From Eledone cirrhosa (taxonomy: Eukaryota), in NCBI GenBank assembly GCA_964016885.1, contig OZ024740.1, positions 367,660,001 to 367,724,000 on the forward strand: a stretch of 64,000 nucleotides of DNA. The letters run 5' to 3'. Made by a program: the position numbers and the translations under genes. Below the pieces are notes generated by a model. The model was not told the origin of the DNA. It saw nothing but the letters and a program-made list of their open reading frames with translations, and did not search any database. Of the stretch, positions 40,927-52,918 are shown in pieces. Numbering within the stretch: the stretch's first letter is position 1; the number at the start of each line of letters is the position of its first letter.

Positions 40927-40932
<6 letters not shown>
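40613..40932. repeat. Fold-back element (~100-bp arms); second copy at 42012-42274 with a shorter loop
   Basis: 40643-40745 inverted versus 40829-40932; both copies start cgggtgtgtatgattgtgtatag after (TA)n. Confidence 0.85.
40762..40798 (-). ncRNA. Minimal type I hammerhead (CUU triplet)
   Basis: gaac CTGAAGA t-tgc gaaa gca-t GAAA GTAC TT gttc. Confidence 0.75.
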
Positions 40933-40988
<56 letters not shown>

Positions 40989-41064
40989 CGAGGTTATACT
41001 CTATACCATTTCTTGTCAGCATGACTTGGCAAGCTGTTTAGAACACTGGTTTACCCGCTTTACT

Positions 41065-41103
41065 TCCCTCCGAAGAAGAGATATTATCTCGAAAATTAAG
41101 GAC
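41065..41103 (+). ncRNA. Degenerate minimal hammerhead-like motif
   Basis: tccct CCGAAGA a-gaga tatta tctc GAAA AT TA aggga; U4C change and very short stem III. Confidence 0.4.
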
Positions 41104-41159
41104 ATTTAAATAAATCTAAGGTAAAAGACTAATTGTCAACAATATCTTTTGCATTTGCA

Positions 41160-41916
41160 TTCGCACCAACCTGAGGTATATGGCCCTTAAAGCGATGAAA
41201 TGCCTGGGACGGTTGGAGGGTCACTGATGAAGGACTTACTTTTTCATATGTACCCGATTTGCAACGCGCAGCTCATCATTATTATCATATTTACACATAA
41301 TTTTTCTTCTGCTGCCACCCGTCTGTTTCGTTCTTTGTATCTTTACCCTTTCTAGCAGTCTCTCTCTCTGTTAGCCTCCTCCTCAACTTTTACTCACTCA
41401 TTCTCTGTCACTACCCCTCCTCCTCCTCCTCCTCCTCCTCCTCCTCCTCCTCCTCCTCCTCTTTCCTCCTCTTTCTTCCCGTTTGACCTGTGTGCAATTC
41501 TTTTCTCGCGCGTTCTTGGTCAAGCCGGTATGAAATTTTTTTTCTCTCTCTCTCTTTCGTCTGCGACTTCACAAAACTTATGTTTACCGAATTCGTAGAC
41601 CAGACCCTTCTTCTTCTTCCCCCCGTTAGACCTGTGCGAAATTCCTTCCTTGCTCACATTTCAACCAGGTTTGATGGTCTTTTGTCTCTTGTTCACGATT
41701 TCACCGAGTTTATATTCATAGAAATCTGGGACTTGTCTCTTTCTTCTCACTTTCCGTTGCTTAAACCATTTTGTTTGTTACCCTAACGTCCCCTTTATTT
41801 ACGTGTCCCAACGACTTTTTTTAGCCGTTGTTCGCACCAACCTGAGGTATATGGCCCTTAAAGCGATGAAATGCCTGGGACGGTTGGAGGGTCACTGATG
41901 AAGGACTTACTTTTTC

Positions 41917-41920
<4 letters not shown>
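41160..41920 (+). mobile_element. Non-coding element, 671-bp unit with identical 90-bp terminal direct repeats holding the permuted hammerhead-like motif; ends at (TA)n
   Basis: 41160-41249 = 41831-41920. Confidence 0.85.
41805..41906 (+). ncRNA. Candidate permuted/pseudoknotted hammerhead ribozyme (homologues at 41160-41235 +, 18473-18576 +, 17768-17872 -)
   Basis: aggtAT-A-tggccct-taaa-gcgat-GAAA-tgcct...agggtca-CTGATGA; stems covary between two families. Confidence 0.6.
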
Positions 41921-42009
<89 letters not shown>

Positions 42010-42276
42010 CACGGGTGTGTATGATTGTGTATAGAAGATTATATTAATAAGAGGAATTCCAACTTTGTCTGATTTACTCGTTTTATTTACAATCTTTTAA
42101 AATTTATAATGGTATTATAATGAAATAGTATGATATAATATTAAATTCTAAGTGTTAATTGACACTTACAATTTAATATTCTATCATACTATTTCATTAT
42201 AATACCATTATAAATTTTAAAAGATTGTAAATAAAACGAGTAAATCAGACAAAGTTGGAATTCCTCTTATTAATAC

Positions 42277-42328
<52 letters not shown>

Positions 42329-42370
42329 GTGTGAGTCTCGGGTTAAATCAGAGACGAACTCATATGCTAA

Positions 42371-42460
42371 GCATATCTGACGAACTTTCGATTACAGATT
42401 CAGGTTCGATCTATAATAGGTCTTGCCTCGAGCTGATCGATAGTGAAACATGTAATATGT
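42371..42460 (+). ncRNA. Type I hammerhead with extended stem II
   Basis: gcatat CTGACGA act-t-tcgat...atcga-t-agt GAAAC AT GTA atatgt. Confidence 0.85.
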
Positions 42461-42705
42461 TATTAAATATGTTATAATGCAAAACTGAATTCTTGTTCGT
42501 TCCTTATCCTTATAGTATTATACACTTCTCTGCGCGAGCATCGAGTGCTCAACCGGCATACCGCCTACGGACGCGTTTTTCGTGCAACCAGGTACACACA
42601 TACACACACCTACTTGCACACATACACCCCCCCCACACACACACATACACACATATATATATATATATATATACACATACACACACAGGCACATATATAT
42701 ATATA

Positions 42706-42790
<85 letters not shown>

Positions 42791-43143
42791 CTATCTCGTT
42801 CTCTCTGTATATATATTTATATAGGTTTGTATATAATTAGATGAGATCTTATATTTCGTGTCAAAAACCTTTTGTACAACGAAGTATAAAGCTTAAATTT
42901 AAATAATTCCTGTTCTATCTAGATATTCTTCCGATTGTATTATTGATGTACCCAAGAATACTGACACCAACCAGACACTGAAGTCATGCAATTTCCAGAC
43001 AGCAAATATATTATGATATGTTTGGTATATCATTATTTATATTTTCATTAAGCAATACGGCTGAGATGTTATATACTCAATATCAACTTACCATTGTTAA
43101 ACGGCTATACTTGTAGCTAGTACTGATGCTTGTATATAATATG

Positions 43144-43272
43144 TACAGGGTGGCCCAAAGTTACAATACGTAGGAAATGTTTAAGTTTCCATATGTATTT
43201 ATATTGAATAAACTGTTTCTTGTAAAACATAATAATTTTTTTTATGTATCGCTACTTTTGTTCTACCCTCTA
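43144..43272. mobile_element. Possible decayed Tc1/mariner-type MITE
   Basis: TA-cagggtggcccaaagt ... acttttgttctaccctc-TA imperfect TIRs. Confidence 0.35.
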
Positions 43273-43504
43273 TATTCAAAATAATTCAATAAAACGGAAT
43301 ATTGTAATAGTAGAACAACACTTGCCCCATGTTAGTAATGGAAGTTCGCCATGGAACAGCAAATGATATCAATAAAGGACGTAGCTGGGGAAAACATTTG
43401 TGCGCCAAGAACTATTTAAGAATTACCCCCATGACCTCACCACAAAACTGCATTAATAATAGATATTCTTCCGTATGTTGTCTCCCTATCGAAAATATAC
43501 TAAT

Positions 43505-43725
43505 AATGATTTCTAATATAGGCACAAGGCTAGCAATATAAAGAAGTTGGGAAAGTCGATTTAATCGTTCCTAGTACATTACTGGTGCTTTATTCTATCG
43601 ACCTTGTAAGGATGAAAGGCAAAACTAACCCCGGAGAGATTTGAAATCAGTACTTAAGAGGCCGTAGCCCTATGCCACAAAGCACGTTGTCCGACTCTCA
43701 ACCGATAATACCAACCTACCACCAT
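43505..43725 (-). mobile_element. Meta-domain SINE, longer variant
   Basis: Family match; tail ccttgtgcctatattagaaatcattatt. Confidence 0.75.
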
Positions 43726-44802
43726 AATAATTATTTCTACTTTTGGCACAATCCTACCGCCATGTATCTGCAGAATTGATATTCATATAATTAATAGAAT
43801 TTGTTCAATTTGTTACTGTAAAACATACCCATCAACGTACAATATATCAGCTAACGCTATTCATGACTACTTGCAATGTCTTATTGCAATTGCATCGATT
43901 TGGGTAAGATAAATTCTCCAACATTTTCTCATTGGAATTAAAATAATATATATTTTGCCAACAAATAAGAATTAATGCGTAATGAATATTTTTCTCTACA
44001 ATGCGTACGCCTATAAACGAAAAACAATGTTAGGATAATTATAGGGTTCTTCCTTTGTTTACAGGTAATATCTATCTTCTTTTCAGTGGCTGATAGAAGA
44101 TAGATATTACCTGTAAACAAAGGAAATATATATAATACAAAAGTAAAGGGTTATCAGTGTGTTGTCAGTTCTAAGCGGAAATTAGAGAACGAACACTGCA
44201 AAACACGATATATTATTATTTCTTATGCAATTGGACAAGTACCATTTTCTTTTCTGTATAAAATAGTTATTTATATTAAATTAAATTCTATTTTGCTGGT
44301 GAAAAGTCTTTCTTTCGCCATTCTGTTGAGAAAGGCAGAAGGAATGTGACATTGGAAGAAATAAATATGAGAAAAAGGAAGAGAGTGTTAGAATGAGAAA
44401 TTGAGGGCAAGATATGATAGAATATGAGAGGGGAAAGAAGGAGGGATGAAAGAATATAACAGTGAAATCTAAGAGAGGGGAAATAGATGGAGTAAGAGAT
44501 ATATTTCACGTTAAGAGATTGGGGAAGAAAGAGAGATGAAGTTTTTATTGGGATTTTCAAAAGAAAGGCCTAAATGTGTTACAGAGAGTGAGAAGTGTCA
44601 GCGTTCTTTGATTATGACTTTTGCAACACACACTTGCATAAACTTCGAATTACAACCCTGTATTACACACTGTTCGACATTGCAAGCGTGTAAGTGCTAG
44701 TATGTGTGTATATATGTGTGCAACTATATATCTGTCTTAAATATGAAGAAAACTTGTCTATGTTGTACTATGAAATAAAAGAACGACTATCCACAAAACT
44801 GC

Positions 44803-45579
<777 letters not shown>

Positions 45580-45582
45580 AAT

Positions 45583-45632
<50 letters not shown>

Positions 45633-45871
45633 AAGAAAAAGAGATGAAATCGAAAATAAGACTCCAGTTGCATTTTCGATTTCATCTCTTTTTCTTTATA
45701 CTTTCACGCGTGTAGGACACCTCGGTTATTTTTCAATTTGTAAAAAAAACCTCACTTTCTAATATATATATATATATAAAGATTTACATATACATAAAGT
45801 CAGAGATATATATGTGGCAACCGGTCACGTTTTGGTTCAATGAAGAATTAATAAATTAAACAATCAGAGCA

Positions 45872-46058
45872 ATATATCATAAATCATGTGCTTAGAATTA
45901 TTAGATAAAATATATACCATTTCCTCTCCCAATTAGCATAACTAACCATATAAAAAATCAATTAGACCAGTTTTTTTTATATGGTTAGTTATGCTAATTG
46001 GGAGAGGAAATGGTATATATTTTATCTAATATTTCTAATGACATGATTTATGATATAT
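45872..46058. repeat. Fold-back, ~85-bp arms
   Basis: atatatcataaatcatgt...ccatataaaaaa versus ttttttatatgg...acatgatttatgatatat. Confidence 0.8.
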
Positions 46059-46066
46059 ATATATAT

Positions 46067-46160
<94 letters not shown>

Positions 46161-46183
46161 TTATATATATATATAAAATAATA

Positions 46184-46316
46184 AGTGTTTCTCCTTTTGG
46201 CACAATGCCAGCAATTACCCAGTACATTACTGGTTCTTTATTTTATCGACCCAGTAAGGATGAAAGACAAAGTTAACCTCGACGGGATTTAAACTAAGAC
46301 CGTAAAGGGACGTAAC

Positions 46317-46318
<2 letters not shown>
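46184..46318 (-). mobile_element. Meta-domain SINE, 5'-truncated
   Basis: Family match. Confidence 0.8.
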
Positions 46319-46365
<47 letters not shown>

Positions 46366-46609
46366 TTTTCTTTATTAGCCACAAGGGTTTACATAAAGTA
46401 GACATTAAGGAAAGTACAGGACAATACAGGACGGTACAAATGGGCATTTCTGCGTGTAAAAAAAACAGAGGATGAAATAAAATAACAAAGAAAAAATTCC
46501 CCAATAGGGGGGTAACTTCCGAGGGACATTTGTGGAGAAAGCCCATTAAAAGACCACAGTGGCCCTGACCACCAGGGCAAATGCCCTCTCCCAGTTTTCC
46601 ACCTTTAAT

Positions 46610-49603
46610 TTACAGACACATACTCAGAGAAGGCCCATTCATTCGGGCCATACTTGCTTCTCTCACCCATCTTTCAACAAAATGCTGGGAAGAGAGCACT
46701 TCCCTCTCTACCCTGATTTTCCTTTTCAGATGAAATTTGAAAATGTTAATCAGGGCATCACCGAAGAGGTAAGTGCTCGTCTTCAGCCCTTTCAAACGTG
46801 TCCACCATACTATCTCTTTCGCCATGGCCACCAGACAGATAAAAACTGCCTGCCCTTCCCGGCTAAAGGAAGAGGGCGGAGCAATCCTCACGATGGACTC
46901 AGCTGATAGCTGGATCCGTCCTACATGTGACAGCAGGTGTTCGACATAAACCCACAAGTCAGCAATGCTCGGACACTGGACGAGTGCGTGCAGGACGGTT
47001 TCGTCGCCCTGTGCGCATCTCGGACATGCCCGGCTGACGGCACCTCCATGCCTGAAAAGTTTATCCCGAACTGGCAAAGCACCCCGGTAGCACTGCCAGG
47101 CCAGGGATTTCTGGAAGTTGTCCATAGGCCCCGGCCTGAAAGTCCTTCCGAAGAGATTGGCTAGTTGATTTTCGTCGACGCCTAGAGTTTCTCCAAGTAC
47201 GTCGTCGCTCATCCCCTCCACTAATCCCCTATAGAACGCCAAGTTGGAGTTTCCAGCGATCACATTGCCCGATTGGTCGAGGGCTGTGAGCGCCTGAAGA
47301 CATTCCAGTCTCCAAGCGCTCCCTCTCGGTCTTCGCTTGACCCAGGACTGCAGCTCCGTCAAGGAGACGAGCTGGGGAAAAACGTGTCTAGCAAACGGCG
47401 ACCACACCTGATCACCGTCGAGGAAGAGGTGGAGATGTCGTAGCCTGAGCGCGTGTCTGCGCATCATCAGCCACGGCATGCCCAGCCTTCCACGTAGCGG
47501 GTGTTGACAGCAGATGGACCGCCTGACCATCGGAGCGCGTCCCTTCCACAAGAAGCGAAAGAGCAAACGCTCCAGCGCAGTCAGGCGGGGCTTAGGACAA
47601 GGTACGACGGTCAGGCGGTGGTACATGACGGACGCGATGTACGCGTTAGCCACCTCCGCTCGACCTTTCAGGGATAGCTTCCTCTCGGCCCATTTCTGGG
47701 TGAGAGAAGCCACCCTGCTCATCACTTCGTCCCAGTTTTTGTCCGTCTGGAGGTCTGGACCGAACCAGACCCCTAGCAATATAACCAGTCCGTCAGGACT
47801 GCCGCTAGGTAACGATGGTCGACCCTATGGAAGGCTTTCGACTGATCTAAATTGATCAAAGACCCACCCGTTTCAGGTTCTCTAGCTACCCTCTCTACGA
47901 TGTATCGCATGAGGTGGAGGTTGTCGTGAATGGATCTGTCGGGAATGGCGCATGTCTGTGCCTCTCCCACCAGACCACCAACGACAAGCGCCAACCTCTT
48001 TGCTAGCACCTTGGCCAAAATCTTGAACTCTGTGTTTAGCAGAGTTATGGGCCTAAAATTATCTATGTTATCCCCCTTGTTCGGATCCTTTCTCAGCAGC
48101 GCCACCGCTCCTGCTCACTGAGCTGGGAATTCTCCCGTTCTGTTGCCAGTTGCAGTAGACGTCCGCCAAGAGGCCTCCGAACAAGTTTGGCATTTGTACG
48201 TAAAGTTCATAGGGCAGACCATCTAAACCAGGCGATTTACCCCTTGTGCAACTAGTCATTGCATCCCGTACTTCAGCGGTTGTTATCGGCTTTTCGCAAT
48301 ACTCCGCCTCAGTGGCCGAAAGCCGCGGCAGTCCGTCGAGGTAGACACTAAAGTCCATCCCTCGATCCGGCCCGCCACTGCCCCCGAACAGTTGAGCGAA
48401 GTGTCGCTGAAAAGCTTCACACATTTTCCCGGGATCGAGTAGCATGCGCCCGTCGTGGTCCACCAAAGACCGGATCGTGGCTTTGTTGCCACGACGCGCC
48501 TCCGCCACTCGGGCCCATTAAACGGCTTTCGTCCCCTCGTGTCTGAGAGCACGCACCCTAGCTCTGACAACGCAGCCTTCGTGCTTTGCATTGAAGAATT
48601 GGTCAAGGGCCAATTTCGCCGCAAGTACGTCGGTCGCAATGCCTTTGCTAAGCGCCTCATCTAATTTTCTAACTAATTCTCCCTCTGCTCTATTTTTCTC
48701 TATTGCTAAAGTCTTACTAAACCTAATGGACTCTATTCTAATTGCTCTTTTCAGAGCAAACCACCACTTGTTGTTGACGATGGCCCCCGTCAACGCCCGC
48801 TTAACTATTTCGCTAATCCGGTCTCTGTAGGCCTTGCGCGCTGGTAAGGACGCGTTTAGCTTCCAGTAGCCGGGTCCTCGTCTATGAAGCCTATCTAAGT
48901 CAAGCACACAGATCACGAATTTGTGGTCCGTGTAGCTGACTATCTTGAATTGTGGACAGCCTATGCTAGACCTATCTATTTCCCTACAAAATACTCTATC
49001 TAGATATGATCTGGATGACCCTATGCGATTTGTCCTAGTCCACATTGGTACATTCAGGAAATCCATTCGGTACCTGTCAGACAGTTCAAAACGTCTGAGC
49101 AGGTTGGTGAGACTCTTGCACCCTCCTTCCCTATCCACTAATCCCACACAATCCCAGCGTGCATCTAAGATCCCGTTCCAGTCGCCCACTAACACTAAAG
49201 AGCGGGACGTTCCAAGAAAGGTCTCCAGAAGCCGGAAGAAATCCGGCCGCCCTGCTCCTGTCGGGGCATAGACGGCCACTAACCTTAAAGCTTGGCCGTC
49301 TCCGCTGGTCACGTCCAGCACCACCAACTTACCTTCTGGGTCCAGGAAGATGGCCCGTATGGCAAGATCCAAACCTCTCCGAAAAAGCACAGCAACTCCT
49401 CCCCACGATCCCGGACGGCTGGGAGATGCGTACACATCGTAGCCGCCGAAGATCGGTGCGAAAGCCTGTGCTTCGGAGATTCTGGTCTCGCTGATGGCCA
49501 CTACATCTATGTTTAGTGACCTGAGGTCGTTGAGCAGGTGGCCCTGCTTCCATGACGACCCCAAGCCACGCGCATTTATGCTGCCTATTCTGAGTGAGGT
49601 CAT
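46610..49603 (-). pseudogene. ORF2: APE endonuclease, RT (partly deleted), C-terminal Zn motif
   Basis: GSINARGL, SETR, GDWN, YLDR, TDHK, GYWKLN, KSPGLDGLP, FRPITLLN, CPRC..ETVLHALVQC; stop at 48518 and frameshifts. Confidence 0.9.
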
Positions 49604-49637
49604 GTTGAAAAGGAGTGGAAAAGATGGGAAAGACCAC

Positions 49638-51179
49638 TTACCTTACTTCTCGTAGGGGAAGGACGGTTTTTTCATCCTTTTCACTGCTTGTGGCCTCCTC
49701 AGGAAGGATGTCCTTATAAATCCTCCTGGAGAGTGCTTCTCGGAAGTCTCCGATGTCTTTGGGGAATTTTTGTTTTAGTGTCATGTACGTTTTCTGTGTG
49801 ATGCGAGTGATTTGTATGTGTGGAGGTGGTGTGAATTTTGGGGTTGTTGTGTAGTCTTTTTCTGTGATGCTGGTGTTGTGTTGGATGTAGTGTAATAATT
49901 GCTTGTTGTTCAAATTTAATGCTGTGTAGTGTGTATCGTTTTGGTTATTTTGTTTTGTTTGCGTTTGTTGTGGGTTTGTTTCTGTTTCGCATTTTGGTGA
50001 CTTTTGTGGTGTAGGTGATTGTGGTGTTGGGGTTAATGATGGTGATGGTGTTGGTGTTTGGGTTGATGGGGTTGGTGATGCTGGTGTGGATGGTGGCATA
50101 TCTGTCCTAACTTTTTTGTTTCTTAATTTATTTGTTTCCCTCTGTATTTTGTTTTTGGAGGGGGAAGGAAGAGAATTTTTTCTTTTTTGGTTTCTTTTTT
50201 TTTTTCCGGATATCGTTTCCCACTCCTCGTCGTCACAATCTGTCTCCAGTTGTGATAGGCCGGGGAGTGGAAAATCCTCCACAGCCGTTAGTTTTGGTTG
50301 TGGCGTGGTGGATGGTGTAGGCGCTGATGCTAGTTCTGAAGCGTTGGGTGGTCGTGGTGTTGGTTTTGCTGGTGGTGGTGGTGGTGGTGTTGGTTTTGCT
50401 ACTGTTGCTGGGGTTGTTGCTGTTATAGTTGCTTCTGTTGTTGCTGCTACAGTTGTTGCTGCCATCTCTGCTACTGGTGGTGTTGATGGTTGTGTCACTG
50501 GGGTGGGTAAGAGAGGTGGCCTCAACCTTTTAGCCTGAGGGCAGAAAGCCCTTAGGTGGGTTCCTTCACCACAAACGACACACCTAGGTCTTCTGCCCTC
50601 GACAATTACCGTGAGGTGGCTGCCGTCAGTGAGGTCTATTACCTCTGGGATCTCCTCAATGCTTTTTTGGTCCGCTTGGATCAGGAGCTCCATCCCAGAT
50701 CCGGACCAGTTTTCCTGCTTTTCTTTTGCTATTGCTATTATTTTCGTGTTGGCTTCGATGCCGGCGAGGACGGCCGCTATTAGCCAGGGAATTTCGATGG
50801 CCGGTGGAACGTGGGTCACCCTGATCTTTACGAGTCTCTGGCCACAATAGCTTGGGACGAGTGTGAAGTCGTCACTTTTTAATGGGGCCATGGAGTGTTC
50901 TCTAGCCTCCTCTGGTGTTTCAAAGAACACGTCCACGGTTCCATACTTTTGCCCACGTTTGATGTGGGTTTTTCTTGCCCACACATGTCCCAAAGCTTTT
51001 TGGATTTGGGACTCGGATGCCCGTTCCACTCGGCGCGATTTTACATTTATTGTTCTATACGACACGGTGCATAGGCGCCGATGGTCCATTTTATTAGGTG
51101 GGGGGGGGGTGAGGCTGAACCAGTACCCATCTTTCTTTACCATTTGTTTGGCATTTTCTAAATCTTCCTGAGTTACCAT
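49638..51179 (-). CDS. LINE ORF1 with CCHC zinc knuckle and Pro/Thr-rich tail (true start probably ~51465, frameshift at the G-run 51220-51233)
   Basis: 513-aa ORF with CVVCGEGTHLRAFC (CX2CX4HX4C) immediately upstream of ORF2. Confidence 0.8.
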   Translation of the reverse strand: MVTQEDLENAKQMVKKDGYWFSLTPPPPNKMDHRRLCTVSYRTINVKSRRVERASESQIQKALGHVWARKTHIKRGQKYGTVDVFFETPEEAREHSMAPLKSDDFTLVPSYCGQRLVKIRVTHVPPAIEIPWLIAAVLAGIEANTKIIAIAKEKQENWSGSGMELLIQADQKSIEEIPEVIDLTDGSHLTVIVEGRRPRCVVCGEGTHLRAFCPQAKRLRPPLLPTPVTQPSTPPVAEMAATTVAATTEATITATTPATVAKPTPPPPPPAKPTPRPPNASELASAPTPSTTPQPKLTAVEDFPLPGLSQLETDCDDEEWETISGKKKRNQKRKNSLPSPSKNKIQRETNKLRNKKVRTDMPPSTPASPTPSTQTPTPSPSLTPTPQSPTPQKSPKCETETNPQQTQTKQNNQNDTHYTALNLNNKQLLHYIQHNTSITEKDYTTTPKFTPPPHIQITRITQKTYMTLKQKFPKDIGDFREALSRRIYKDILPEEATSSEKDEKTVLPLREVR

Positions 51180-51824
51180 AAATGCTTCGAATTGTTTTGC
51201 TACTCTGGTGAAACTGAGTGGGGGGGGGGGGGGTTATAATGTCATTGTTGTTGTTGTTGCTATCGTTAATATTAATTTTAGTTTCAGTTGTGGTGGTGGT
51301 GACGTCAGTCGTCTTTGGTGGGGAAGAGTCCATTTTGCTTGATTTCATTTCGACATCACGAGTTAATTTATTTTTTTCTTCTTTTGTTTCTGTTGTCGCG
51401 GTGGTGGTGGTGGTGGTGGTTGTCGCGGTGGTGGTGGTGGTGCAGGCTTTAACACCTGCAGTCATTGGTAATGGCGGGAAATGAATGTCTGCCTGAGACA
51501 AATTTAAAATATTGCTACTGCTTATATTTTTTTTTGTGTTGGCAAACGTAGTAACATTTACAATGGTGGTGTCGGTGTGAGGTGTTATTTTGTGTGGAAG
51601 GCTTTCAGCTGCTTCGTGCAGAGTTGAAGAAATTTTTTGATAATAATAAAAGTTAAAATTTTGGGCACAAGGCCCCAATCTTTTTGGGTGTCCTTTTCGG
51701 AAAACAATGTATGTGTGCTTATAAACAGTTAACAATAAAATTTTCCATAAATGGCAATTTTTAACAAACGGAAATAACAAACCTTTGCGGGCTCACGATG
51801 ATACGATTTACTACGTAGGTCGCC

Positions 51825-51899
<75 letters not shown>

Positions 51900-52918
51900 T
51901 TTTAACATATTTAAATCATTTGTGAAATAACAACTCTTAGTACAAATGCTACCTAAAGCACCCGACTTGAGCCCCAAAAAATTCGGACCCAAAATATATT
52001 GTTATAAGGCTCAAATATTCAAATATTCAACTTTGTATTGTACACTGTATATCCAAAAAAGAAAATGGCTATAAATGGAAGAAGAACACCCCCCCTCCTC
52101 TCCTCTGTCTACACTATATAGAACAGCCAAACTCACCAACACCAGAAACGAGATACAACACCCACCCCATCACCTGTGTACACTAAACACAACAGCCAGA
52201 TAACGGCATTTTCACCACCACCGCTCACTACGGCCATCATTACCACCATTATCCCATCACCGCCGCCACCACCCCTTCACTCCTTCACTGCTACCACCGC
52301 TACAGCACCATCACTACAGTAATACGGTCACATCACCGCCACCACTGCCTCGGTATCGACATCACCACCCCCACTGTCTCAGTATCGCTACCGCCGCCAG
52401 TCCTCCACTTCTCCCAGCAGGCTGCTGCCACCACAGTATAGAATCCCTACTGCTAAAAAAGAGGAAGGCATCAAAATATATAGACTCAAAAGAAAAAAGA
52501 AAAAAAGAAAAAACAAACAACAAAACCAAAGCAGCACAGCAACAACAGCAAAAAACGAGAAAAACGAACAGATAAAAACAAAAACAAAAAAAAAACCCCA
52601 AAACGTAAAGAAAATAAGAATGAAGAGAGAAGCAGGCGGACGGACAGAGAAGAGGGGGGAAAAACTAAAACTTAAAAAACAAAAACTAAGTCAGACATTC
52701 GAACACTACATTACAATGAAACTTATGCTTATTCATTTTTGGGGCCCTTTCTGCCTGTGTGTTTGTTTGTTTATCTGTGTTCGTATACAGCGTGGTGATA
52801 ATGCCACACAAGGGCCAAGTGGAATGGCGGATCCACAGATCGCTATGTAACCATACATTCGCCAATCCTCGATAAGAGTGTTTAAATATCGAACATAAAC
52901 AGTTCGAATAACGGTGAA

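Larger units (their letters stand above)
46362..51824 (-). mobile_element. Tx1/L1-clade LINE with both ends, flanked by (TAA)n; internal RT deletion near 47790
   Basis: ORF1 + APE-RT ORF2; (TAA)n at 46319-46363 and 51825-51899. Confidence 0.92.

Noticed and set aside
41845-41906. Alternative readings of the permuted motif as pistol, twister, SECIS or C/D box
   Set aside because: Only short word matches; helices line up with hammerhead core positions instead
52741-52850. Possible HDV-like ribozyme at the R4 5' end (ggccctt/aagggcc, gtgga/tccac); 25915-26070 also examined
   Set aside because: Helices are present but I could not place P3/L3, P1.1 or the catalytic C of the HDV fold
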